Counted from the first letter of the stretch, positions 1 to 13,084 are shown. The stretch: DNA of 64,000 bases from Takakia lepidozioides (GCA_030704615.1 CM060732.1:65782001-65846000), one strand, 5' to 3'. Notes: generated by a model not told the origin, from the letters alone. Program-made: numbers and translations.

Positions 1-351
1 TAGTGGATTGACATGTGGCGTCTGATATGTACTAAGCAGGAAAACTCTGGAGACGAACATGAGGGGTTTAGAACAGAAACCAGCCCTGCAGGTGGTCCTG
101 ATACCTTGGATCGTAATTTTGACATGCTTAGAATGCTCCGGGAGACATTCGCAACTATAGATAATGGGGTGCAAACTGGTGATGCACATGAGGAACCGGG
201 AGATGGAACACAGGGCCAATGGGACACAGATGGAGTGCCAGAGTAGACTGATGGTGGACTGAAGAGCGATGGTGATCGTGGTGCAGCGAGTGCCTTACAT
301 TTTGAGCACGAGGCATCCAGGGCTTTATATGTAGGGAGTTCTTCCTCTCGA

Positions 352-3147
352 TTGTCTGCTACCTTACTGCTGTTAAATGCTTGTCAAACCCATGGTGTGT
401 CAAACACCTTTGTCGATGAACTCCTTACATTGTTAGGAAGACAACTGTTGCCAGCAGACAATTGCCTGCCAAAGTCCCACTATGAGGCAAAACAACTCAT
501 AATGGAACTCGGGCTTCATTACGAGAGTATACATGCATGTCCGAAAGGCTGTGTGTTGTTCAGAAGGGAGCTTCAGAATTTGGAGGTTTGTCCAAAATGT
601 CAGGCACGTCGTTATGTGGTGGGTACGAAGACACCAGTACCTCGTAAGGTCCTCCGACATTTCCCTATCATTCCAAGGCTGCTTCGAATGTATAAAGCCA
701 AATCCATCTCAGAGTTAATGTCATGGCACTTTAAGAATCGAAGTCTGGATGGCTTGGTTAGGCACCCAGCAGACAGCAAGGCTTGGGCCCACATTGACCA
801 AAAATGGCCTGAGTTTGCAGCGGACCCCAGAAATCTGCGATTGGGTCTCGCATGGGATGGTGTCAATCCTTACAGTGATAAATCAAACAAATGGTCAACT
901 TGGCCTGTCATGTTGGTAAACTATAATCTTCCACCCTGGCTGTGTACTAAGCCATTTTTCACGATGTTGGCTTTATTGATTCCTGGACCACAATCTGTGG
1001 GAAATGACAATGCAGATGTTTATCTGCAGCCCCTTGTGGATGAGCTAAAATTGTTGTGGGAAGTTGGTGTGGAGGCATTGGATGGAAGTAGCCTAGTGGG
1101 GCAACAGTCATTTCGCATGAGGGCCATCTTGATGTGGTCAATCCACGACTTTCCAGCTTATGGGTCGCTAGCAGGATGCGCACACGAAGGATACAAGGCC
1201 TGCCCAGCTTGCGGCCCTAATGTTGATTCCAGGTACTCGAAGGCATGCAAAAAAGTTTTGTATCTTGGTCATAAGAGATACTTGCCTGCTGTTCATCCCT
1301 ATAGGAATAACTCGTCCCACTTTAATGGACATGTGGAACATAGAGCAGCTCCTATGGTGGTCACTGCAAGTGAGCAATTTGACCGGGCTAAAACCAGAGA
1401 GTTGTATCTCGCAATGGGAGGGGCTGAGGGGGGAAAACAGGACCCTTCAAAGGAACATGGCATGGTGATGCATTGTGAAAAAACGGGTCACTGTTTTGAA
1501 CCAATTGCCATACTGGAAAGACTTACTCATCCGATACACACTGGATGTGATGCATTGTGAAAAAAAATTGTGTGAGAATGTGCTGAGAACCATTCTTGGG
1601 GAGAAGGACACAGCCACATCTAGGAAGGATATGGAACTCAATGTCATTCGTGAACACTTGTGGTTGAGACCCCATCCCTCTCACCCGAACAAGTTGGTGA
1701 AGCCTTTGGCCCCATATGTTCTTACTGAAGATGAGAAGGTGTTGTTTTTGGAAACATTGGCTACAGTAAAGGCCCCCACAGGTTATGCTGCCACATTCCA
1801 GAAACATGTGGCTGACAATAAACTGTCTACAATGAAAACCCATGACTACCATGTAATGATGCAACAGATTTTACCTCTTTGCATTCGAGGGGTATTGGGA
1901 AAGGGTCCACAGATGGCAATTATGAGGCTTTCTTGAGTCTTCCGAAAAGTGTGTGCAAAGATCATTAATCCAACTGAGCTACCGGCCTTAAAAGAAGATG
2001 TTGCAATCACTATGTGTCTGCTGGAGAAAGAATTCCCTCCGTCATTTTTTGATATCATGACTCACTTGCTTGTACACCTTGTGGACGAATTGGAGGTGTG
2101 TGGTCCCGTGTCTAGCCGTTGGATGTATCCTATGGAACGGTATGAAGACATTAAAAGGCTATGTAAGGAATATGAGCCGACCTGAAGGGAGCATGGCGGA
2201 AGGGTATGCTTTGGATGAGGCCCTAGGGTTTCTAACTGAGTATATGGCTGAATTTCATGCTACAAGCCGAAGGGTGTGGGACTCCAATGAAGAAGACTCA
2301 GTTAGTGGGGAGGTGGTTCAAGGATTGGGAAGTGTACGAGTCCTCACCATTCAAGAACGAGACAGTGCACACGAGTATATTTTGCACAACACAGATTGCA
2401 TGAAACCATTCCTTGAGTAAGTATGTTGCTTATCATATCCTGTGTGTTTCATTTCTGCCAATGGTATAAGCTGTAATCCTAATTTGCAATTCTCATTTGG
2501 ACAGGGCCTATGAAGAGGAGATGGCACTCATAGAAGCATCCCGCATTGAGTTCAGAACAGCATTCCTTTGTGGACAAGACCAAGACCACCACAATGGAGA
2601 AATTCCATACCCAACAGATATGCGCTTACTGGCTCCATTCCATGAATGGATTGAAGGTGCTGTCCAACGCAAGGTGAGTTCAAGTGAGTCCTATGATTTG
2701 GACATATGCCATTTATGTATACCACCAGCAGTACAGTCCTTGGGCTTCAAGTCCATGTATGCTTACGGCAATCACTTTCGAGCAATACGTGATGGGACTG
2801 GCGCCACAGACAGGGTGATATTTGATTCTGGAGTTGCTCAAGTATTCCATCAGGAAAGCGAAAACAGAGCAGGTATGTCCAAATGAGTGTTATCCCAATT
2901 GGAATATGTGGGTGTTGTAACAGAAATAATTCAACTGGATTACGGAATTCTTCACCCAATTCTGTTCTTGTGTAGATGGGTGAGGTCACACATGGTGGGC
3001 CGGAATGCCACCATGAAACGAGATGATTATGGCTTTCTCTTGGTTGACTTCAGTCGCATGTTACCTCGGATGGAGCAGCCCTGGACATTCCCTAGTCAGG
3101 TGGAGCAAGTTTTTTTCTCGGATGAAAAAAGTTCACGAGGGAACTAG
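352..3147 (+). pseudogene. CACTA (En/Spm) TnpD-type transposase, frameshifted
   Basis: Consecutive ORFs 352-1560, 1475-1936, 1949-2185, 2070-2420 and 2497-3147 carry Transposase_21-type motifs (HPADSKAW, DPRNLRLGLAWDGVNP, STWPVMLVNYNLPPW, WSIHDFPAYGSLAG), LDVMHCEK, DUF4218-type motifs (FPPSFFDIMTHLLVHL, WMYPMER, RPEGSMAEGY) and a DUF4216-like tail (SQVEQVFF). Several frameshifts and stops. Confidence 0.92.
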
Positions 3148-3577
3148 AAGGTGGTCCTTCACAAGGACCCTCGATCCCGACGAGTGGTTCACGATATTAC
3201 AGAAGTGGCACTGGGTGAGGGAGACACTTATGTAGGCATGGTGCCTCCTGAAATTCCTCATAACATCATGACTGAGCTTGCTGTTTGTGTTCCTTTGAGT
3301 GAGGTAGATGAATTGGCCATTGCCAACTTGAATGCACTTGCAAGGCAGAGGCAAAATGGTAGAAGGCGGAGGCAAGCTCCACATGGGAGGTACCAGGCCA
3401 GTTGTGCTATGGTCTAGACTTGGTTTATGCTATTGCATGTATTTTTCCAGGGTTTAGACTTGATACAGCATGGTACCTTGCATGGGTGGGAGTGACTGAG
3501 CTGTTGGGGTGGGCAAAATTCTGACAAACACACTTTCATTTGTGACAGTGAACCCTAAACAGTCATGGAGTTGTGGC

Positions 3578-4900
3578 CTGCATACTTTTCTGACCCTAGT
3601 CAATGGTGGGCCAATTGTGGCAAAAAGGTGAATGCATGTTGGATTATAGAGAGTAGCAGATGCAATTGAGCATAGGAACTAGTGTGAGAAGTTGAGTTGG
3701 GTGTTTCCTAGAACAAATGTAGGTTGTTATTGTCAGTTGCTACTAGCAAGGCAAAGATGTATGCATGATTTGTGAGAGGCATTGATAGCTGAAGGAGCAG
3801 GGATAGAGTGTGGGTCCAGATTCATCCAAGAGGGCCACATTTCAAGCACAACATTGCCTATGATTCCTTGTGGAAGGATAGCTACAAGAAACCTGCATGG
3901 GTAGATGGTCAACTGGAAGCCGCAGCAGCAGCGGCACAATTGGTAAAATCAGGCGATGAGGGCACCTTCAACACATTTCACCCTGTTTTTCCCCCTTATC
4001 AGAATCAGCCCTAAATTTCCATGTTGAATTATGCAAGTTAGCTGGTTGAGTGAATCTTTGATAGATTGAAGTGACTTTGACATGATACTGCCAATGTGAC
4101 AACAGGAAAGTATCCAAAAACAGGTACAAGAGATGAGGAGAAGGTGTGGAATGAATACTTTTCTGATCCAGTCAATGGTGGGACAACCGAGGCAAAAAGG
4201 TGAATGCCTGGTAGATTACCAGATGTCATTTTGAACACTGCCCTGGTGGATATATGCCAAATGTGGGTGCATCGAGGATGCCAAGGGAGTGTTCAACACT
4301 ATGGCTAAACGAGATGTGGTGTCGTGGAGTGCGATGCTTGCAGGGGCATGGGATGGAGGCTTTGGAGACCTATGAGCAAATGATGGGGGAAGGGTGAAGC
4401 CCGACCACATAACATTTGTGTGTGTTGGCAGTGAGTGTGGGAGCCTGGCAGCCCTGGAAAAAGGCAAAGAGATCCATCGTGACAATTTGCAATTGTACCA
4501 GATGTCATCCTGAACATGACTACTCTGGTGGACACATGTATGCCCAATGTGGGAGCATTGAGGATGCGAAAGGAGTGTTCAACACTATGGCCGAACAAGA
4601 TTGTGCGTTTGCAGTGCGTGTGCAAGTCTGGCAGCCCTGCAAAAGGGCAAAGTGGTGCATGGTTGCATCACCAAAGCTGGAATTGTAACAGATGCGATTC
4701 TGAACAATGCCCTCATGGACATGTATGCCAAATATATGTGAGAGCATTGAGGATGCGGAGGGAGTGTTCAACACTATGGCTGAACAAGATGTGGTGTCGT
4801 GGAGCGCGATGCTTGCAGGATGTGCACAGCAGTGAAGTGGGATGGAGCCTTTGGAGACCTATCATGACCAAATGATGGGGGAAGGGATGAAGCCCGACCA
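3578..4900 (+). pseudogene. Fragments of an OSB-type PDF-motif plus PLS-class PPR gene (copy 1)
   Basis: YFSDPSQWWxNxGKK|gt exons (~3580-3628, 4106-4199) and an ag|IHPRGPHFKH...LW...KKPAWV exon (from 3820). Followed by PPR words ALVDxYAKCG, GVFNTMAKRDVVSWSAMLAG and GVKPDHITFVCV; many frameshifts. Confidence 0.75.
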
Positions 4901-4929
4901 CAACACATTTGTGTGCGTTTGCAGTGCGT

Positions 4930-5961
4930 GTGCAAGCTTGGCAGCTCTGGAAAAGGGAAGAGGTCCATGGTTTCATTGTCAAAGCTGGAATTGTATTTGA
5001 CGTGATTATGAACAATGCCCTCGTAGACATGTATGCCAAATGTGGGAGCATCAAGGGCAAGCCTGCCAGCTCTGGAAAAGGGAAGATCGGGTCCATGGTT
5101 TCATTGTCAAAGCTTGCATTGTACCTGATTGTGATTCTGGACAATGCCCTCGTGGACATGTATGCCAAATGTGTTAGCATGAAGGGCAAGCCTGGCAGCT
5201 CTGAAAAAGGGAAGATCAGGTCCATGGTTTCATTGTCTAAGCTGGAATTGTACCTGATGTGATTTTGAACAATGCCCTCATGGATATGTATGCCAAATGT
5301 GGGAGCATGAAGGGCAAGCCTGCCAGCTCTGGAAAAGGTTCTGATCAGGTCCATGGTTTCATTGTCAAAGCTGGAATTGTACCTGATTGTGATTCTGGAC
5401 AATGCCCTCGTGGACAAGTATGCCAAATGTGGGAGCATCAAGGGCAAGCCTGGCAGCTCAGAAAAAGGGAAGAGGTCCATGGTTTCATTGTCAAAGCTGG
5501 AATTATACCTGATGTGATTCGAGACAATGCCCTCGTGGACATGTATGCCAAATGTTTCAGCATGAAGGGCAAGCCTGGCAGCTCTGGAAAAGGGAAGATC
5601 GGGTCCATGGTTTCATTGTCAAAGCTGGAATTGTACCTGATGTGATTCTGGACAATGCCCTCGTGGACATGTATGCAAATGTGTTAGCATGAAGGGCAAG
5701 CCTGGCAGCTCTGGAAAAGGGAAGATTAGGTCCATGCTTTAGGGATACCAAATGTGGGAGCATCAAGGGCAAGCCTGCCAGCTCTGGAAAAGGGAAGATC
5801 AAGTCCGTGGTTTCATTGTCTAAGCTGGAATTGTACCTGATTGTGATTCTGGACAATGCCCTTGTGGACATGTATGTCAAATGTGGGAGCATGAAGGGCA
5901 AGCCTGCCAGCTCTGGGAAAGGGAAGATCAGGTCTATGGTTTCATTGTCAAAGCTTGCATT
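4930..5961 (+). repeat. PPR-derived tandem array (~125-131 bp unit), left part
   Basis: Anchor CAATGCCCT recurs at ~5013, 5142, 5271, 5400, 5526, 5653 and 5854. The unit encodes [30 protein letters not shown] in shifting frames. Confidence 0.9.
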
Positions 5962-6424
5962 CACTACAACAGATTGCGGCTTTTACGACTCCCATGGGTG
6001 CGCAGTCATGACAGATTTGTGGCAGAAATGCCATTTGCAGTCGTAAAATGCTTTTGAAGTCATAATGCAGGTCTGGGGAAGGCGTATATGCGACTGCATG
6101 GCTCCGGACTCTGCGCAACACAGGTCAAACATGTTTGACCACGAATATTGGCATGGCAGATATGACTACCAGTCACGGTCATGGCTACACTAGAATGACA
6201 TGTGTATATTGCTAGAAAGACATATGACTTCATGACTCTCACTCTAATGCATTCTGCCAGATCATCACATGGATGAATCACTACATGACTGCACATGTCG
6301 ACACATGCTTTTCTGGTTATATATATAATATATGAGTATTTATATTTTGAAAAAACGGAGACTCTGACCACTAGAATCAATTAAAAAAAAAACAAAATGC
6401 AATTTAAAAAAAAAAAAAAACACA

Positions 6425-6620
6425 TCAGTTGGTAAGTGCACAGTGTGTCGCCCTGGTGGTTTGGGGTTCAAACCCGCTGCCTTATCCCGTGTGTGGGATT
6501 GTTCGTCTGGGCGTTGATCGTCCTGTACGTCTTATGGCCCATAAATGAAGGCGGGTGAATTTTCCCCCCTCCTCAAGGGCCTGTGGTTTCCTTTAAGAAA
6601 AGAAAAAAAAGAAAAAAAAA
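6425..6620 (+). mobile_element. tRNA-derived SINE, 5'-clipped
   Basis: tcagttggtaagtgcacagtgtgtcgccctggtggtttggggttcaaacccg matches the head at 34740 on the minus strand. B box GGTTCAAACC; A-rich tail at 6595-6620. Confidence 0.7.
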
Positions 6621-6889
6621 TCAAAGAGGGGCTTTTAGGGTTTACAAAAAGGTTAAAAAACTTAAAAAGTTGCCCATCACGGTAGCGTGAACAGACTTAG
6701 AGCGAGCGGGAGGGAGAGAGAGAGAGGGTTGGGACTTAGAGCGAGCGAGCGGGAGAGAGGGCAAACATGCATGGGAGGCCCGCAGTTGGATCAACCTTCG
6801 CATTTGGAGCAAGCAACCCTAGAAACGCTACGGTATGTGTGCGAGGAGGTTTCGGCTGGGAGCCCGCCGTTCTTGGGAGAGTCAGTTTC

Positions 6890-9800
6890 GTCTTAGCAGG
6901 CCGTGTTTCAATCTCTACCCGCTCGGCCCTGATTTTACAGCACGGAGCAGAGCTGGCATGAGTTTCTAAAAGATCCTTCACGATGGTGGGACAACCGCAA
7001 TCGCAAGGTGTGGCTTTTTCTTAATGTACGATGTGAAGAAGTTTGTCCATCCTGCAAATGTGGGTTGTTGGCTCCTGTTAGTACCATGATTTGGTATTCT
7101 TCCTGATGTTTACAAGGTTCTTGGGAGAGTTAGCTTGGTCTTAGCAGGCCGTGTTTCAATCTCTGCCCACTCAGCTGCACCGTGGTGGTTCTCACTGACC
7201 AATCCGACATTACCTGACTACAGAAACAAGCAACACACTGAAGAGGTCCTCTTGGGTTCATGGTTAGTCAAATCCTCCATGGGCCATGACACAAGGTCGA
7301 GGACAATGTGGTGAGGGCACCTTCTTCTTCGACCTATTTCAGCCTGTTTTGCCCTCTCATCAGACTCAGCCCTTCATTTGCAGCACGGAGCAGAGTTGGC
7401 ATGAGATTTTTAAAGATCCTTCACGATGGTGCGACAACCGCAATGGCAAGGTGTGGCTTTTCCTTAATGTACGATGTGAAGAAGTTTGTCCATCCTGCAA
7501 ATGTGGGCTGTTGGCTCCTGTTAGTACCATGATTTGGTATTCTTCCTGATGTTTCAAGGTTCTTGGGAGAGTCAGCTTGGTCTTAGCAGGCCGTGTTTCA
7601 ATCTCTGCCTGCTCATCTGCACCGTGCTGGTTCTCACAGACCAATCCGACATTACCTGACTACAAGACACAAGCAGCACACACAAGAGGTCCTTTTGGGT
7701 TGATGGTCGGTCAAATCCTCTATGGGTTCTTCTTCGACCTATTTCAGCCTGTTTTGCCCTCTCATCAGACTCGGCCTTGAGATGCATATTGAATTATGTA
7801 AGTTAGCTCGTTGCTCATTGATAAGTAGGGTGGGGGTGTTTGCTGGAATGATTGTTGTATGCATGATTTTGTGCAGAGGCATAGATAGCTGAAGGAGCAG
7901 GGATAGAGTGTGGAAGAGGGCCAGATTTCAAGCTCCAGATTATCTATGATTCCATGTGGAAGGATAGATACAAGAAACCTGCATGGGTAGATGGTCAATT
8001 GGAAGCCGCAGTAGCATCAGCACAATTGATACAATCAAGCACTGCTAATGAAGGCACCTTCTGAAACACATTTCACCCTATTTTCCCCTCTTATCAGAAT
8101 CGGCCCTAAATTTTCATGTTCAATTCTGCAAGTTAGCTGGTTGAGTGAATCTAGTTGGAGTGACTTTGACATGATACTGCCAATGTGACAAGAGTATGCA
8201 TTGAACCCATTGGTAGCGGGATATTGGGATATCTCTTGGCCATGTGCCATCGTCAAAGCTGAAACTGTACTAGTTGTCATTCTGACCACTGCCCTAGTGG
8301 ACATGTATGCCAAATGTGGGTGCAGCAAGCCTGATGCAAAGGGAGAGTTCGACAACATGGCTAAATGAGATGTGGTGTTGTGGACTGCCATGATTGTAAG
8401 GTGTGTGTAGCATAGCTGTGGGAGTAAGGCTTTGCAAACCTAAGAACAAATGATGTGGGAAAGGATGAAGCCAAACCAGGTCATGTTCATTTGTGTTTGT
8501 TAATATGCATATGCGAGCCTAGCAGCCCTGGGAAGGGGCCAAGAGGTTCATGGTGACATCATCAAAGCTGGAATTGTACCTGATGTCATTCTGAACATTC
8601 CCCTGGTGTACATGTATGTCAAATGCGAGCCTGGTAGCCCTGGAAAGGACGCAAAGGTCCATTATCAAATCTGGAATTGTACCACTAGATGTCACTCTAA
8701 ACACTGCCTTGGTGGATATGTATGTCAAATGCACACCTGGCAGCCCTGAAAAAGGGTACAGAGGTCCACGGTGATATTGTCAAAGCTGGTATTGTATTGA
8801 TGTGATTCTGAACGTTGCCGTAGTGGACATGTATGCCAAGGTTGCAGGGTGCAACTACAAGGATACATGGTTGTTTTGATAATATGGCTGAATGAGATGT
8901 GGTACCAGCCTAGCCCATAATTGCACTTAACTAGAGTAGGCAATGAGTGAAGACGGGGTTTGTGATGTTGATCGTCCAAGCTGGAATTAAACAAATGTTG
9001 TTTTGAACTATGCCCTTGTGGACTTGTATGCCAAATTGGGGTGCATGGAGGATGATGATCCCAGGATATGCACAACAGCGGCACGGGATGGAGGCCCTTT
9101 GGAGAGGTCTATGAGCAAGTGGTGTGGGAAGGGATACTGCAGCGCAACCACATCGCGTTTGTTACATTTGCAACATGTGTGCAAGCCTGGCAGCCCTGCA
9201 AAATAGCAAAGAGGTTCGTGGTGGAATTGTACTAGATGTCGATCTGAACTTTGACATGATGCCAATGTGACAACAGGAAAGTATCCAGAAACAGGTCACA
9301 AAGACGAGGAGAAGTTGTGGAATGGTGGGACAACCGAGGGAAAAAGGTTAATGCCTGTTAGATTATAGAGGGAAGATGCAATTCAACATAGGAACTAGTG
9401 TGATAAGCTGAGTTGGGTGTTTCCTAGAACAAATGTAGGCTGTCATTATCAGCTGCAAGGCAAGGAAGTATGCATGATTTGTGCAGAAGCAGTGATAGCT
9501 GAAAGAGCAGGGATAGAGTATGGGTCCAGATTCATCCAAGAGGGCCAGATTTCAAGCACATGATTACCTATGATTACCTGTGGATTTAGCTATAAGAAAC
9601 CTGCATGGGTAGATGGTGAACTGGAAGCCGCAGGAGTAGCGGCACAATTGATAAAATCAAGCACTGCTAATAAAGGCACCTTCTTCAACACATTTCACCC
9701 TGTTTTTCCCTCTTATCAGAACCGGCCCTAAATTTCAATGTCTGCAAGTTAGCTGGTTGAGTGAATCTAGTTTGGAGTGACTTTGACATGATATTGCCAA

Positions 9801-10290
9801 TGTGACAACAGGAAAGTATCGAAAAATAGTTAACGCAGATGAGGGGAAGATGTGGAATGAATACTTTTCTGACCCCAGTCAATGGTGGGACAACCGAGGC
9901 AAAAAGGTAAATGCCTGTTGGATTACAGAGAGTAACAGATGCAATTGAGAATAGGAACTAGTGTGGTAAGTTGAGTTGGGTGTTTGTTGGAACAAATGTA
10001 GGCTGTCATTGTCAGCTGCTAACAGCAATGCAAGGATATATGCATGATCTATGCAGAGGCATGGATAGCTGAAGGAGCAGGGATAGAGTGTGGGTCCAGA
10101 TCATCCAAGAAAGCCGGATTTCAAGCTCTAGATTACCGATGATTCCCTGTGGAAGGATAGCTACAAGAAACCTGCATGGGTAGATGGTCATGGGTAGATG
10201 GTAGATAGTTTGGAGTGACTTTGATATGATACTGCCAAAGTGACAATAAAAAAGTATCCATAAACAGGTAAGAGTAGCAGATGCAATTCA
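6890..10290 (+). pseudogene. Captured PDF-motif exons and PPR fragments inside the Pack-CACTA
   Basis: STEQSWHEFLKDPSRWWDNRNRK|gt (~6941-7007) and a duplicate (~7383-7450). Intact exon 9812-9906 (KMWNEYFSDPSQWWDNRGKK|gt). ag|IHPRGPDFKH exon from 9530. PPR fragments at 8240-9240. Introns are retained. Confidence 0.75.
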
Positions 10291-10873
10291 GCACAGGCAC
10301 TAAGGCAAACTCTCCTTCCCCGTAAGGGTGTGTTTTGGTATCTGAGCGAATGAATATTTTATCTAAGAATATAATTTCAAAAATTCGTTATTTAATAATG
10401 TGCCACTGTCCCATGTTGGTCAGTAATAATAATAATAATAACAAATAATAATAATTTTAATTTTAATAATTATAATAATAATAAAGTAAATCTACAACCC
10501 CCAACAGTGACGTGTGTCAATTGACATGAGGAATCACGTGTCAAAATCACGATGCGACACATGCTGACATCTGATTCCCTCCTCTGCAGTCGGATGGCGT
10601 CGTAGTCTGACACGTGGCATGTTCTGTAGAGAGCACGTGTCTCTCTTACACAGCGGCTGACATGGACCCGTTCAGTCATTCAGTAATGCCAGCGTATATG
10701 ACTACCCCCACAGTTGCTCTGGCGCCACGTGACAGCCAGCCTGGAGAGTCATATCTGCCATGTCACAACTGACTAGGTTTTTACGTCTGCAGAGTCAGGA
10801 AGTCGTAAATGGCTTCCATTACTGCATTTGCAGTCATAACACAGAGACGTAAAAGCCGCAATTTGTTGTAGTG

Positions 10874-11705
10874 ATTGTACGTGATTGTGATTCTGGACAA
10901 TGCCCTCGTGGACATGTATGCTAAATGTGGGAGCATGAAGGGCAAGCCTGCCAGCTCTGGGAAAGGGAGGATCAGGTCTATGGTTTCATTGTCAAAGCTT
11001 GCATTGTACGTGATTGTGATTATGGACAATGCCCTCGTGGACATGTATGCCAAACGTGGGAGCATCAATGGCAAGCCTGCCAGCTCTGGAAAAGGTTCTG
11101 ATCAGGTCCATGGTTTCATTGTCAAAGCTGGAATTGTACCTGATTGTGATTCTGGACAATGCCCTTGTGGACATGTATGCCAAATGTGGGAGCATCAAGG
11201 GCAAGCCTGCCAGCTCTGGAAAAAGGAAGAGGTCCATGGTTTCATTGTCAAAACTGGAATTATACCTGATGTGATTCTGGACAATGCCCTCGTGGACATG
11301 TATGCCAAATGTGGGAGCATCAAGGGCAAGCCTGCCAGCTCTGGAAAAGGGAAGAGGTCTATGGTTTCATTTGTCAAAGCTGGAATTATACCTGATGTGA
11401 TTCTGGACAATGCCCTCGTGGACATGTATGCCAAATGTGTCAGCATGAAGGGCAAGCTTGGCAGCTCTGGAAAAGGGAAGAGGTCCATGGTTTCATTGTC
11501 AAAGCTGGAATTGTACCTGATGTGATTCTGAACAATGCCCTCGTGGACATGTACGCCAAATGTGGGAGCATCAAGGGCAAGCTTGCCAGCTCTGGAAAAG
11601 GGAAGATCAGGTCCATGGTCTCATTGTCAAAGCTGGAATTGTACCTGATTGTGATTCTGGACAGTGCCCTCGTGGACATGTATGCCAAATGTGGGAGCAT
11701 CAAGG
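10874..11705 (+). repeat. PPR-derived tandem array, right part
   Basis: Seven more units (anchors ~10898, 11026, 11157, 11282, 11408, 11533, 11662), ending in normal PPR sequence (SIKDAKAVF). Confidence 0.9.
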
Positions 11706-11829
11706 ATGCGAAGGCAGTTTTCCAACACTATGGCTCTTGGAGTGATTTTGACATGTACCAGTAGAGGGGAGAAAGTGGGGCCCTCAGCAGACGAGTTGAA
11801 AAGCACTAGTTAAAAAACACTGGCGCTTG

Positions 11830-11883
11830 ATAGGGTGGGGCAAAATTCAGGCTGGGGCGATCATTGATATCCCGGACGTAGTG
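11830..11883. mobile_element. Candidate CACTA right terminus
   Basis: Ends GGACGTAGTG (reverse complement CACTACGTCC). It is preceded by gggtggggcaaaattc, which also occurs at ~3507 just after the transposase. The left end is not in the window. Confidence 0.45.
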
Positions 11884-12959
11884 TAAAAAAGACGGTTGTG
11901 AGTGAAGTACACCCGTCAAAAAAAAACCCTGCTGTCTCAAAAAGGGAGCCAGTCACAAAGAGCAAGACACTTTGTCCAAGCTTCTCGACATCAAGCAACA
12001 ATGTGGACAGGGAGGTAGTCATTGGGAACAATTTTTGTAAGGTGGTGAAGAAAGCCTTGTCTGAGGATCACTGGATATTTCTCTAGTACGGTTGGACTAG
12101 TAGAGATTGAAATTCGTGCTCAGCTCAGCTTCAGACTGTCTCATTGTGAGGGGCCTAGGGTTGTTGTGTACATGCGCCTACGCCCTCTCTGTTGCGTGTC
12201 CCGAACTACGTGTCAAGGTTGATTGGACAGAAATGGGATTGACATTTTTGGCGCTCACAAATCTCTGAGACGACATGAGGTAGTTTTATCTATAGCTTCT
12301 CAAAGCAATTGTTGTACATTGTTGATTATAGTGTGACATTCTCATAACGATATTGTCGTCAGCTACATGAGCAGTGCATCTTTTTGGATTGTTGGTTCCC
12401 GAAGGGATTATATGTGACAGGACAGAGGGCAAGTTATAGCCAATAGTTGCAGGCAGTGTTCAATATTGAAGAGAATTCTATGCCCTTTCGGTTCTGCCGA
12501 TCTCCTTCTCATTTTACTTGAGGTTGTCTATTTTGAGAGCTTTGATGTTTGGATGAAAATGCATTTTGGCATCAACTTAAATGGATGGCCTGCACTGGTG
12601 GGCATTCAGAAACGAGCCGGCAAAGAAAAACTACAAGTCCCACAGCCCTCTACATGCAGACCCCATAACCCTAATAACATTTTTGAACTTTTAAATTCTC
12701 TAAACAAAAGTTTATGTGTTATGTCGTCCAAGGCATGTTGAATAGAGGTGGAAGTCATTTCATCCATCTATCTTCCACCTGGATGGTCAATGTGCCACGC
12801 CATATAGTTGCCCCAAATTCCTGTAGGACATCTCACACTAACCTCACACTCCATGACTCATTTCACACTCATGTCAAATGCCCCATATGCATTATCTTGG
12901 TCAACACCCGTTGACCGTATGGGTGTCATTCGAGTGTGAAATTTGTAACACCATGTGGG

Positions 12960-13078
12960 TTTTCCTACAATGGTCCAGATCACACCTTGCCTCCTCTCAC
13001 ATGGGTGTAAGAGGAGCTGTTCAAAGTGCCAGGTGTGAACTATGGGTGGTGTTGGAAAAACCGGTTTCTGTAGTAGTG
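12960..13078. mobile_element. Second candidate CACTA right terminus
   Basis: Ends AAAAACCGGTTTCTGTAGTAGTG (reverse complement CACTACTACAGAAACCGG), with (G)GTGT(A/G)A-type subterminal words. PDF-gene sequence resumes immediately after. Confidence 0.65.
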
Positions 13079-13084
13079 TATGCG

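Larger units (their letters stand above)
5962..10873. mobile_element. Non-autonomous CACTA element carrying gene fragments (Pack-CACTA)
   Basis: Left TIR CACTACAACAGATTGCGGCTTTTACG at 5962; right TIR CGTAAAAGCCGCAATTTGTTGTAGTG ending 10873; 3-bp TSD ATT (5959-5961 and 10874-10876). Removing the element restores a normal array unit (aagcttgcatt|gtac). No transposase inside. Confidence 0.93.

Noticed and set aside
4713-5964. Long ORFs on both strands (e.g. 255 aa minus, and 216 aa plus at 10875) as functional genes
   Set aside because: They are products of the tandem unit and switch between PPR and non-PPR frames.
4930-11705. CRISPR-like array
   Set aside because: The units repeat over their whole length with no unique spacers, and they derive from PPR coding sequence.
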